DNA of 64,000 bases from Candidatus Daviesbacteria bacterium (GTDB lineage Bacteria > Patescibacteriota > Microgenomatia > Daviesbacterales > UBA10151): positions 71,150 to 135,149 of the forward strand of contig JACPKL010000005.1 of the NCBI GenBank assembly GCA_016187035.1. The letters are read 5' to 3'. Under the pieces are notes generated by a model, which had not been told where the DNA came from, did no database searches, and saw nothing but the letters and a program-made list of their open reading frames with translations. The number at the start of each line of letters is the position of its first letter. Positions within the stretch are counted from its first letter, which is position 1. Of the stretch, positions 55,581 through 63,664 are shown piece after piece. The position numbers and the translations under genes are program-made.

Positions 55581-56719
55581 GAAAACATCTGCTGATAATA
55601 GCAATTGGTTTTCTGCCTAATATTGGCGGATTAGAAACCCATTTAAAAGACTTAATAGATGAATTAATCAAGCAAAATTGGAAAATTAAAGTGTTGACCT
55701 ACCAGCCTCTTAATACCCCTGTTTTAGGTAAATGGATAGAAAAGGAAAAAAACTTAGTAATTTTCAGACTTCCGGTATTAAGAGGGTTGTTCTATAGATT
55801 ATTAAAAAACCCTATACTTGAATTTATATACTTAGGGCCATTACTTTTTCTTGTTACCCCGATCTTGCTGCTTGTATATCCAGATATTTATACAATTAAC
55901 GCACAAGGTGTAATTGCAGGGTTCTCCACTGCTTTTTGGTCAAAAATATTTAGGAAAAGATATGTTATTTCTGCCCAGTCTGTTTATAATTTCCCAAAAA
56001 AAGGATTATACAAAATAACTAGCCAATGGATTTTTAATTCAGCAGATAAGGTAATTGCTATTTCTAATCAGTCAAAAAAAGATGTAGAAACACTAGGAGT
56101 TAACAAAGATCAAATTCAAGTTTATACCAACTGGGAAGATAGTAGTTTTTTTAAGCCTTATGAAAAAGAACAAGCTAAAAAACAAATTGGTTTTACGGAT
56201 AAGTTTATAGTTTCTTTTTTTGGAAGATTAATTGAAGAGAAAGGAGTTTTGGTATTAATTGATGCTATTAAGTTATGTAACAAAGATATTACTTTTTTAA
56301 TGTATGGAGAAGGTCCTTTGATAGATAGTGTTAAAAAAGCTGCGGAGGAATTTAAGAATATTATATATATGAGTACAATTCCTCCAAATCTTTTACCGCT
56401 TCATTATAGTGCTGCTGATTTAGTGTTGATGCCTACTTTGAATGAGGAAGGTTTTGGTAGAGTTGCTGCGGGAGCTTTGTTCTGCGGGACACCTGTGATT
56501 GCCTCAAATAGAGGGGCACTACCTGAGGTGGTTAATGATTTAGTTGGGAAGATAATTAATCCTACTCCTGAGGAAGTAGTAAAGACAACAAATTTCCTAT
56601 ATACTCACAAAACCCAATTAAGAAAAAGAGCATTGAGATGTAGAGAGTATGCTATAAATAGATTTAGTGAAAAGAACGCAGAAGTTATTATACGATCTTA
56701 TTTAGGAAATACCGTCTAA
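55577..56719 (+). CDS. GT4 (group 1) glycosyltransferase; paralog of 43396..44514.
   Basis: ATG 55577 in an ATGA overlap. LPNIGGLETHLKDLIDELIKQNWKIKVLTYQPL. EEGFGRVAAGALFCGTPVIAS, where the second Glu of EX7E is Gly. Confidence 0.65.
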   Translation: MRKHLLIIAIGFLPNIGGLETHLKDLIDELIKQNWKIKVLTYQPLNTPVLGKWIEKEKNLVIFRLPVLRGLFYRLLKNPILEFIYLGPLLFLVTPILLLVYPDIYTINAQGVIAGFSTAFWSKIFRKRYVISAQSVYNFPKKGLYKITSQWIFNSADKVIAISNQSKKDVETLGVNKDQIQVYTNWEDSSFFKPYEKEQAKKQIGFTDKFIVSFFGRLIEEKGVLVLIDAIKLCNKDITFLMYGEGPLIDSVKKAAEEFKNIIYMSTIPPNLLPLHYSAADLVLMPTLNEEGFGRVAAGALFCGTPVIASNRGALPEVVNDLVGKIINPTPEEVVKTTNFLYTHKTQLRKRALRCREYAINRFSEKNAEVIIRSYLGNTV

Positions 56720-57712
56720 AAAAACTTTTTCAAATCCCTTTTCGAACCACAAATTTAAAAAATTCTTGTTAGAAAGTAAATTTTCGATATTTTCTATATA
56801 TCTATTGTAAGTTTTTTCATCAATTTTATATAGAAAATTGAGGAGTTTCCCATAACTGGAAAATTTTCTAAAATTAATGAAACATTTTTCGTCTATATAG
56901 TCAGTAATATTTGGTGCTCCAAAGTAAATTGGTATGCATCCTGCTTTGAAACAATCAAAAATCTTTTCGATATAACCTGGTGCAGGACAGTTTTCAAAAC
57001 ATATAGTAAATTTGAATTTAGAAAGAAGTTTAAGCTTGTCCTTAATCTCTCCTTTATAAGAATTATGTTTATTAAATCCAAAGATTTTTTCTTTAAGACT
57101 TAACCTCTTTGGTTTATCCCACCCTTTACCATACAAACTGAAATTTTTGCTAATGTGATCTTCAAAAAATTCTATTGCCTTTTCCCTTTCAATATAAAAA
57201 TCTTGTTTGAATGGACTAATTAGTTTAAGCAAGAAAGGTACCATTTTATTGGAATTTATTAAGACCAAAAAATCTTTATTGTTGAAAGGTAAAGGATTTG
57301 TAGTTTTTTTAGAATTTAGCTGGGGGATATGAAACTTGAAGTATTTCTTGTTATCTACAAGATGATCATTCCAGGTATATATACGTTTAAAAAAGATGCT
57401 AAGAAAGCGTAGCTGATTAAAAGGGTTTATTATGGGGGATTCAAAGCAAAACAGTATATTTTTTTCTTTATTTTGTATAATCTTTTTCCAATATCCGATT
57501 TCCCAAGGATAGGGAATATCGCAATATACATATCTATAAATAGATTTTCCTTCTGATAGGTCGATTGTACTGATATCAATATTATATTTTTCTAGACATT
57601 TTTTAAAATTGAGAAAAATATTGGTTCCATTATCAAGTTTAAATATTTTATTTTTCAAAAAGGTCTGACCGCTAAATGGTTTTAGACTAATAAATAGCTT
57701 GTTTTTTTTCAT
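56702..57712 (-). CDS. GT10-like (alpha-1,3/4-fucosyltransferase family) glycosyltransferase.
   Basis: C-terminal motif FTICFENCPAPGYIEKIFDCFKAGCIPIYFGAPNITDYIDEKCFINFRKF resembles the GT10 signature FENS..GY(V)TEK......G.IPIY.G. Confidence 0.6.
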   Translation of the reverse strand: MKKNKLFISLKPFSGQTFLKNKIFKLDNGTNIFLNFKKCLEKYNIDISTIDLSEGKSIYRYVYCDIPYPWEIGYWKKIIQNKEKNILFCFESPIINPFNQLRFLSIFFKRIYTWNDHLVDNKKYFKFHIPQLNSKKTTNPLPFNNKDFLVLINSNKMVPFLLKLISPFKQDFYIEREKAIEFFEDHISKNFSLYGKGWDKPKRLSLKEKIFGFNKHNSYKGEIKDKLKLLSKFKFTICFENCPAPGYIEKIFDCFKAGCIPIYFGAPNITDYIDEKCFINFRKFSSYGKLLNFLYKIDEKTYNRYIENIENLLSNKNFLNLWFEKGFEKVFLDGIS

Positions 57713-58560
57713 ATTAATTTTCTACTTCGTAAAAAATTATATGACCAGATTCTTATTTTGTCGGGAATAAACCAAAGGGAAATAAATTCCAACAGATTGT
57801 ACAAAATATCATAGATAGAGGGTTTATAGTGATATTTGTATATGGCATTAAATTTTATCTTAAAACCCAGTATTTCAACTGTTTTAAGGTTGCTATGAGT
57901 GCCGGATGTTGAAAGTAATCTATATGTAAGTAAGATCTTTGGGATATTAGCAAATTCATATTTACTGCCGATTTTAAACCACAAATCAATATCTTCACAT
58001 ACCTTCATGGTTTCATCATATCCACCAAATTCTTCAAAGATATTTTTCCGGAACATTATTGCTGGATGTGCGAAAGGAGAATAGCGAAACATAATCTTCT
58101 TCAATTCAGCAGATGTAGTCGGATATTCCCGTTTTGAAATAATTTTACCTTCATTGTTTATTATTTGAATATTTGTACCGACAATAGCTACTCTAGGATG
58201 TTCCTTTAAAAATTTGAATTGGGTTATTAATCTCTCTGGGTCTGAGATATCATCCGGATCCATTCTAGCAATTATTTGTGTTTTTGCTTTTTCAATCCCT
58301 TCATTCAAAGAGCCTGCAAGCTTTAAATTTTTTTTATTTATGATCATTTTAATCCTTGCGTCTTTTTTCATATAGGCTTTAATTATGTTTCGTGTTTTAT
58401 CAGATGATGCATCATCGATAATAATAAGCTCGAAGTTGTGAAAAGTTTGATCTAAGATACTTTCTATTGCCTGGTCAATATGGAGCTCCATATTATATGC
58501 CGGCATAAGTACGGTAATGAGCGGTTTTTTATGATCGATATTTGTTCTCCTGTAAGTCAT
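57709..58560 (-). CDS. GT2 glycosyltransferase.
   Basis: ITVLMPAYNMELHIDQAIESILDQTFHNFELIIIDDASSDKTRNI, and DxD motif MDPDD. Confidence 0.75.
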   Translation of the reverse strand: MTYRRTNIDHKKPLITVLMPAYNMELHIDQAIESILDQTFHNFELIIIDDASSDKTRNIIKAYMKKDARIKMIINKKNLKLAGSLNEGIEKAKTQIIARMDPDDISDPERLITQFKFLKEHPRVAIVGTNIQIINNEGKIISKREYPTTSAELKKIMFRYSPFAHPAIMFRKNIFEEFGGYDETMKVCEDIDLWFKIGSKYEFANIPKILLTYRLLSTSGTHSNLKTVEILGFKIKFNAIYKYHYKPSIYDILYNLLEFISLWFIPDKIRIWSYNFLRSRKLI

Positions 58561-59189
58561 TTTTTGGCTAATACATACATAGCGCGAGATACCGGGAAAA
58601 ATCTGCCAAAATAGTCAAATCTAACAACCGAAAATCCAGTGCTTTCTAATTGCGAAACTAAGCTTTTCTTGGAATACTGACGGATGTGGGCGCTTTCCGG
58701 ATCAAAGTACTGTTCAAAGAAGAAAGAGATTAGAATTAAATTTTTTAAAAATCCATGATATGGCGTACTTAGCAATATTTTACCTCCTGGTTTTAATATC
58801 CGGTACAATTCTTTAATTGTACTCTTGGTATTATATATGTGTTCTATGACATCTAACATTAATATAAAGTCAATTGATGAGGTTTTTAAAGGTATTTTAT
58901 CGCCATCTTCAATATGGTAAAACTTAGCTTTTGGGAAACGATCTTTAGCTTTTTTAAGGGCAATAGAGGAAACATCAATGCCTAAATATTGTGAATTAGG
59001 ATTTATTCCTATAACTTGTTGTAGTATATCCCCTGTGCCACAACCAAAATCTAAAATTTTTAACTTGGAAGTTTTGGGGATTAAGCCTTTAATAGCAGGC
59101 CATTTGTAATGGAAATCATCTAATCCTCTATTTTTGAGAGCTTGCCAATAATTCTCATAATACTTTGACATATTGGTAGATAATAGCAT
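58557..59189 (-). CDS. Class I SAM-dependent methyltransferase.
   Basis: Motif I ILDFGCGTGDI; MLDVIEHI; KPGGKILLSTP. The start could instead be M7 (59171). Confidence 0.7.
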   Translation of the reverse strand: MLLSTNMSKYYENYWQALKNRGLDDFHYKWPAIKGLIPKTSKLKILDFGCGTGDILQQVIGINPNSQYLGIDVSSIALKKAKDRFPKAKFYHIEDGDKIPLKTSSIDFILMLDVIEHIYNTKSTIKELYRILKPGGKILLSTPYHGFLKNLILISFFFEQYFDPESAHIRQYSKKSLVSQLESTGFSVVRFDYFGRFFPVSRAMYVLAKK

Positions 59190-59304
59190 GTAGATTTTAA
59201 TCCATCTAGAGGGTGAGTGGGAATAGATAAAGTATGGTGATATGATATGATTTCGTAAAGTTTTTGATTAATCAGTTTCCTTATGGAAAGAAAAAAATAG
59301 TTTT

Positions 59305-59979
59305 ATGATAAGTTTTCGTACAGAAAAGCATCAATTTATTATTGATCACTGTCGTGAAAAGAAAGTGCTAGACATTGGTTGTGTGAACCATACTCTAGAG
59401 GCAACTACTCGGCCTGAATGGTTGCATGGAAAATTGAGAGAAGTAGCCAAAAGCTTAGTTGGTCTTGATTATGAAGAGACAATTGTCAAAAAACTGCAAG
59501 ATAAAGGATGGAATATTATTGTATCCGATGCCCAAAATTTTAATATTACGAAAAAGTACCCGTTAGGGTTTGATGTAATAGTTGTTTCCGATGTTATAGA
59601 GCATTTGGTGAATCCAGGAGCATTTCTTAGTTGTGTACGTAAACACTTAGCACCTGGTGGAATTTTGCTTTTAACTACACCTCACGCATATGGACTTGCT
59701 TTTTTTCTTGAGGTTGTATTGTTAGGTGAAGAAAACATTAATGATGACCATACTATGACATTTTCCAGGAAGAATATATACTGGCTACTGGAAAAGTGTG
59801 GTTTACAGGTAAAAGAATTTTACTGGCTGATTCAAGATAGTAGTAAATCTCAAACAGGTCTATGGGAAAAGTTGCAAAGGAGGATGTTATTTTTTCTGCA
59901 ATATTTGGTGGCAAAGGTGCGGGTAGAATTTTCCAAGGAGATGATAGTAATTGCTATGGACAAACCTACCAAGAAATGA
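59305..59979 (+). CDS. SAM-dependent methyltransferase (class I, divergent motif I).
   Basis: VLDIGCVNHT, VSDVIEHLVNP and APGGILLLTTP. Confidence 0.55.
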   Translation: MISFRTEKHQFIIDHCREKKVLDIGCVNHTLEATTRPEWLHGKLREVAKSLVGLDYEETIVKKLQDKGWNIIVSDAQNFNITKKYPLGFDVIVVSDVIEHLVNPGAFLSCVRKHLAPGGILLLTTPHAYGLAFFLEVVLLGEENINDDHTMTFSRKNIYWLLEKCGLQVKEFYWLIQDSSKSQTGLWEKLQRRMLFFLQYLVAKVRVEFSKEMIVIAMDKPTKK

Positions 59980-60088
59980 ATTAATCTAATTATTTTTTCA
60001 AACCCGCTTAGATGTTACTTTAATCATTATGTTATAGTAGAATCTCGAATTATTGCTTCAGGGAGATAGAAAAACAGGGGTTTAAGTT

Positions 60089-60781
60089 ATGAAAAAAGCA
60101 CTAGTTAACAGGCATGGAGATAGAAATTTTGATAAAGAATATTTCTCTCCTCGCTACAAAAAGTATGATGAAAAAGAGTTTCTTAGAACTTACCGATCTC
60201 TTATAGCCTGGATTAGATTTATTGAAAGATACTTTCCTCTGGGAAGAAGTGAGGGTAGGAAAGTATTGGAGGTAGGGTGTGGTTTAGGTGGTTTTGCTAA
60301 AATTTTGGATGAGAGGGGTTTTGATGTTGTTGCCTCTGACACATCAGCTTTTATTATTGACAATGCAAAAAGACTTAACCCAAATGTTGAATTTTCTGTA
60401 GTTAACATAGAATCAAATGCCAATAAATACAAAGATAATGAGTATGAAATAATATTTGCTTTTGAAGTAATGGAACACTTAGTCAATCCTCAAAAAGCAC
60501 TTCAGAATCTTAAAGGAAAGCTTAAAAAAGGTGGTTTACTTATTTTCACTACACCATATCGTACTAAAAGAACAACTTCAGATCCAACACACATTAGTGT
60601 TAAAGAACCGGAGGTTTGGATAAAGTTAGGAGAAAAACTAGGATTCAAGGATCTGAAATATAAGTATGCCACCTTTATTCCATTTTTTTATAGATATAGC
60701 ACTTTTCTTAGTATAGCCTTGCCAATTAGAACTGATTTTCCTATCGTAGGTTATACTTGTTTCTTTTCATTTAGGAAATGA
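60089..60781 (+). CDS. Class I SAM-dependent methyltransferase.
   Basis: VLEVGCGLGGF, AFEVMEHLVNP and KKGGLLIFTTP. An SD-like GGGG lies 9 nt upstream. Confidence 0.7.
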   Translation: MKKALVNRHGDRNFDKEYFSPRYKKYDEKEFLRTYRSLIAWIRFIERYFPLGRSEGRKVLEVGCGLGGFAKILDERGFDVVASDTSAFIIDNAKRLNPNVEFSVVNIESNANKYKDNEYEIIFAFEVMEHLVNPQKALQNLKGKLKKGGLLIFTTPYRTKRTTSDPTHISVKEPEVWIKLGEKLGFKDLKYKYATFIPFFYRYSTFLSIALPIRTDFPIVGYTCFFSFRK

Positions 60782-60782
60782 T

Positions 60783-61487
60783 CTATTTTAATGATTGTTC
60801 TTGTATAGCTTTTTCATATCTTTCTGGTGTTCCTATATCTTTTGAATATTCATTTGATAGATAACCATATAAACCACCCCCTTTTTCTAAAAGAAGAGGA
60901 AAGAAATCTTCCATAAAATCGGAGAATCTATCAGGAAGATATCGTAAAACACTTGGTTCCAGGATATAAATTGCAGCACTTGACAGTTTATTATTGATGT
61001 TTGGTTTCTGATGGGGATATGTATAAATATTAAGAATACGGTTACTGTTGTTAATAATAACTAAATCACTATCTTCTGGATGATCAGTTTCATGAATTAG
61101 TAGGGAAGCTTGAGATTTTTTATTTTTATGAAACAGCAAAAATTTATTAAAATTTATTCTTGTAAAGATATCTCCATATAAAACTATAAATGTTTCATCT
61201 AGATAATCCTTAAAACTATTGATAGCACCAGATGTCCCTAAGATTTTATCTTCAAAACTATATGTAATTTTTACTCCAAGTTTGCTACCATTTCCTAAGA
61301 AATCCTTTATTTTTTCCGGTAGAAAATGCAGATTTATATAGAAATCTTTAATCCCGAATCTCTTTAAATGTTCTATTTGATCTTGAATTAATGGTTTTCC
61401 TGTAACTGGCAACATTGATTTTGGAATTTGTGGGAAAGTTTTTTGCATTCTGGTTCCCGGGCCTGCTGCGAGTATTACTGCTTTCAT
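60783..61487 (-). CDS. hddC: D-glycero-alpha-D-manno-heptose 1-phosphate guanylyltransferase (sugar-1-P nucleotidyltransferase).
   Basis: MKAVILAAGPGTRM..PKSMLPV.GKPLI nucleotidyltransferase signature. Last gene of the hddA-gmhA-gmhB operon. Confidence 0.7.
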   Translation of the reverse strand: MKAVILAAGPGTRMQKTFPQIPKSMLPVTGKPLIQDQIEHLKRFGIKDFYINLHFLPEKIKDFLGNGSKLGVKITYSFEDKILGTSGAINSFKDYLDETFIVLYGDIFTRINFNKFLLFHKNKKSQASLLIHETDHPEDSDLVIINNSNRILNIYTYPHQKPNINNKLSSAAIYILEPSVLRYLPDRFSDFMEDFFPLLLEKGGGLYGYLSNEYSKDIGTPERYEKAIQEQSLK

Positions 61488-62044
61488 CTTAATTTTTCCT
61501 TTTTTAAAATTAGTTCTACAGCTTGATACAAGTTTTTAACTGAGTAGTCTGAATTTAAGTTTTGAACCCCCTTTTGGTTAGAGGCCACAGAGATAGTGAT
61601 AGTTCCTAATGTTTTGCCTGCATCTATATCTCTAAAGCTGTTTCCAATAACATAGGATTTTTTTAATTCTACCCCGAAGTCTTTAGCGGCTTGTTTGTAC
61701 ATTGCTGTACCAGGTTTTCTACAAATACAAGTTATTCTATACTTTTCTATATTTGCGTGAGGATGGTGGGGACAAAAGTAAAAATCATCTATCTTCGCCC
61801 CCATTTTTTGTAATCTGCAGTTAATCTCCCTATGAATTTTTTTTATTCCTTCTTTTGTTAGTAATCCTCTTGCAATCACCGGCTGATTAGTAATAACAAT
61901 TACAGGTATATGAAACTTATTGAGTAAAGTAATTGCTTTAGATACATTAGGAAGAATAGTTAAATCCTTGATTTTAGATAAATTATCTACATCTAAATTA
62001 ATAGTTCCATCTCGGTCAATGAATACGGCAAACTTTTTTCTCAT
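61484..62044 (-). CDS. gmhB: D-glycero-D-manno-heptose 1,7-bisphosphate phosphatase (HAD superfamily).
   Basis: FIDRDGTIN HAD motif I, and the Zn-binding loop CPHHPHANIEKYRITCICRKP that is characteristic of GmhB. Confidence 0.8.
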   Translation of the reverse strand: MRKKFAVFIDRDGTINLDVDNLSKIKDLTILPNVSKAITLLNKFHIPVIVITNQPVIARGLLTKEGIKKIHREINCRLQKMGAKIDDFYFCPHHPHANIEKYRITCICRKPGTAMYKQAAKDFGVELKKSYVIGNSFRDIDAGKTLGTITISVASNQKGVQNLNSDYSVKNLYQAVELILKKEKLR

Positions 62045-62049
62045 TAAAG

Positions 62050-62661
62050 TTAGATATTTTTTCCATTATCAATTGCATCTTTCATAAATGTAAGACAGGT
62101 AGTGAGTAAATGATTTAGGGTTAAATGAAGATCCTCAATAATCCCATAATTACTACTTTTAATAATTATATTATATTCTGTGTATTTTTTAGCTTTGCCT
62201 CCGTTATTACCTAAGAAACCTATTGTTGTAGCTCCTTTTTCTTTGGCGTATTTTAGTGCTTTTACAATATTTGCTGAATTTCCGGAGCAGGAAATACAGA
62301 TAAGTATATCTTTTGGATTAATTAAATTATGAAGTTGTTGACTAAATATATCGTTATATGAAAGATCATTAGCAAAAGCAGTAAGGGTTGCGATATTGTC
62401 AGTAATAGATATTACCCTAAGTCTTTTTTCGTTATGATTGTAAACATTTTTTAAAGTTCCTTTTCCTAAATCACAAGCCATGTGAGACGCCGTTGAAGCA
62501 GATCCGCCATTTCCCATAATAAAAACAGTATTACTATTATTGTATGCTTCAAGTAGTATAGTGGCAATTTGTTGGATATCTTCCAACTTAATCTGATTTA
62601 CAGCTTGATTAATTCCTTTTAAGTATTTTTTGGCAATGGATGTAATGTCAATATTTTGCAT
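62050..62661 (-). CDS. gmhA: Phosphoheptose isomerase (SIS domain).
   Basis: FIMGNGGSASTASHMACDLGKG and ISCSGNSANIVKAL. Confidence 0.8.
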   Translation of the reverse strand: MQNIDITSIAKKYLKGINQAVNQIKLEDIQQIATILLEAYNNSNTVFIMGNGGSASTASHMACDLGKGTLKNVYNHNEKRLRVISITDNIATLTAFANDLSYNDIFSQQLHNLINPKDILICISCSGNSANIVKALKYAKEKGATTIGFLGNNGGKAKKYTEYNIIIKSSNYGIIEDLHLTLNHLLTTCLTFMKDAIDNGKNI

Positions 62662-62664
62662 ATA

Positions 62665-63642
62665 TTATCTTCGAATATTGAGAATGGATTTACTACCATC
62701 TCGCTCAAGGCTAAATCTTAATTCTTGATAAGAGGTTAGAGCTTTTCTGACGTCATCCTGCTTCCCAAGCGGAACATAGAGCAGTAGAAATCCTCCTCCG
62801 CCTGCCCCGGTGATTTTACCTCCTAAAGCGCCTGCCTCTTTTGCTAAATTGTACATTTTGTCTATATCGGACGTAGAGATTCCTTCTAACAGTTGTTTTT
62901 TAAGTTCCCATCCTTCTTCCAAAGCCTGCCCCAAAAAAGTTAGGTCTCCTTTGTTAAAAGCCTTAAATACTTCAAAACTTTGATCCCGCATTTGTTTTAA
63001 AAGCTGTTCTAAATCTCCTATTTTTCTTTTTTGTTCGGATAAAATTTCTTCAGCTCTCCTGATTTTACCAGTAAAAAAAAGCATCATATGAAGTCCCAAT
63101 TCATAAAGAAAATCACTATCAATGTTTGGTGAATTTGTTGCAACAGTGCCGTCTTTTTTAAATTCAAAATGACGTAGTCCGCCATAGGCAGCTATATACT
63201 GATCCTGTTTTCCGATTGGTTTGCCTAAAATATCTATCTCTATCTCACAAGCTTCCCGGGCCAGCCTTTCTGCGTCGACAATTATTCCCTGGTAAAGATA
63301 TAATACCTGCAAAAGCCCGACGGTTACACTTGAAGATGATCCAAGGCCTGATCCTTCAGAAGGTATATCAGAGATAGTAGTTATCTCAACGCCTTTCTTT
63401 ACTCCGGTTTTTTTCATTGCCTCTCTGATCAGTTTATGCTCTATTTGATCAACGCTTTCAACGGTTTCCTTTTTAGACCAGTTTAAGGCAATTAAATCAT
63501 CAAACCGTTTTTTAACAATGATATAAATATATTTATCAATGGTACTGGAGATAACAGCTCCTCCGTGTTGCCCGTAAAATTCCGGTAAATCACTGCCTCC
63601 GCCTGCAAAACTTATCCTAAGTGGTGTTTGAGTAATAATCAT
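62665..63642 (-). CDS. hddA: D-glycero-alpha-D-manno-heptose 7-phosphate kinase (GHMP kinase).
   Basis: TPLRISFAGGGSDLPEFY N-terminus; GHMP motif PSEGSGLGSSSSVTV; C-terminal GKITGAGGGGFLLL. Confidence 0.75.
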   Translation of the reverse strand: MIITQTPLRISFAGGGSDLPEFYGQHGGAVISSTIDKYIYIIVKKRFDDLIALNWSKKETVESVDQIEHKLIREAMKKTGVKKGVEITTISDIPSEGSGLGSSSSVTVGLLQVLYLYQGIIVDAERLAREACEIEIDILGKPIGKQDQYIAAYGGLRHFEFKKDGTVATNSPNIDSDFLYELGLHMMLFFTGKIRRAEEILSEQKRKIGDLEQLLKQMRDQSFEVFKAFNKGDLTFLGQALEEGWELKKQLLEGISTSDIDKMYNLAKEAGALGGKITGAGGGGFLLLYVPLGKQDDVRKALTSYQELRFSLERDGSKSILNIRR

Positions 63643-63664
63643 TGGTAAATTACACTTTAGTATA

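Noticed and set aside
56440-56500. In GT4 55577..56719 the second Glu of the EX7E motif is Gly (EEGFGRVAAGAL), which might mean an inactive enzyme.
   Set aside because: The second Glu of EX7E is not invariant among active GT4 enzymes, and the rest of the protein is intact and conserved with its paralog 43396. The evidence is insufficient to call a pseudoenzyme.
59190-59304. The largest intergenic gaps (59190..59304, 59980..60088, 53544..53629 and 11193..11265) were checked for tRNA, small RNA or riboswitch genes.
   Set aside because: No cloverleaf-compatible arms or T-loop (GTTCRANYC) consensus are present. Apart from the 11228..11248 hairpin, there are no extended conserved-looking stems. 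The gaps are adequately explained as promoter regions.
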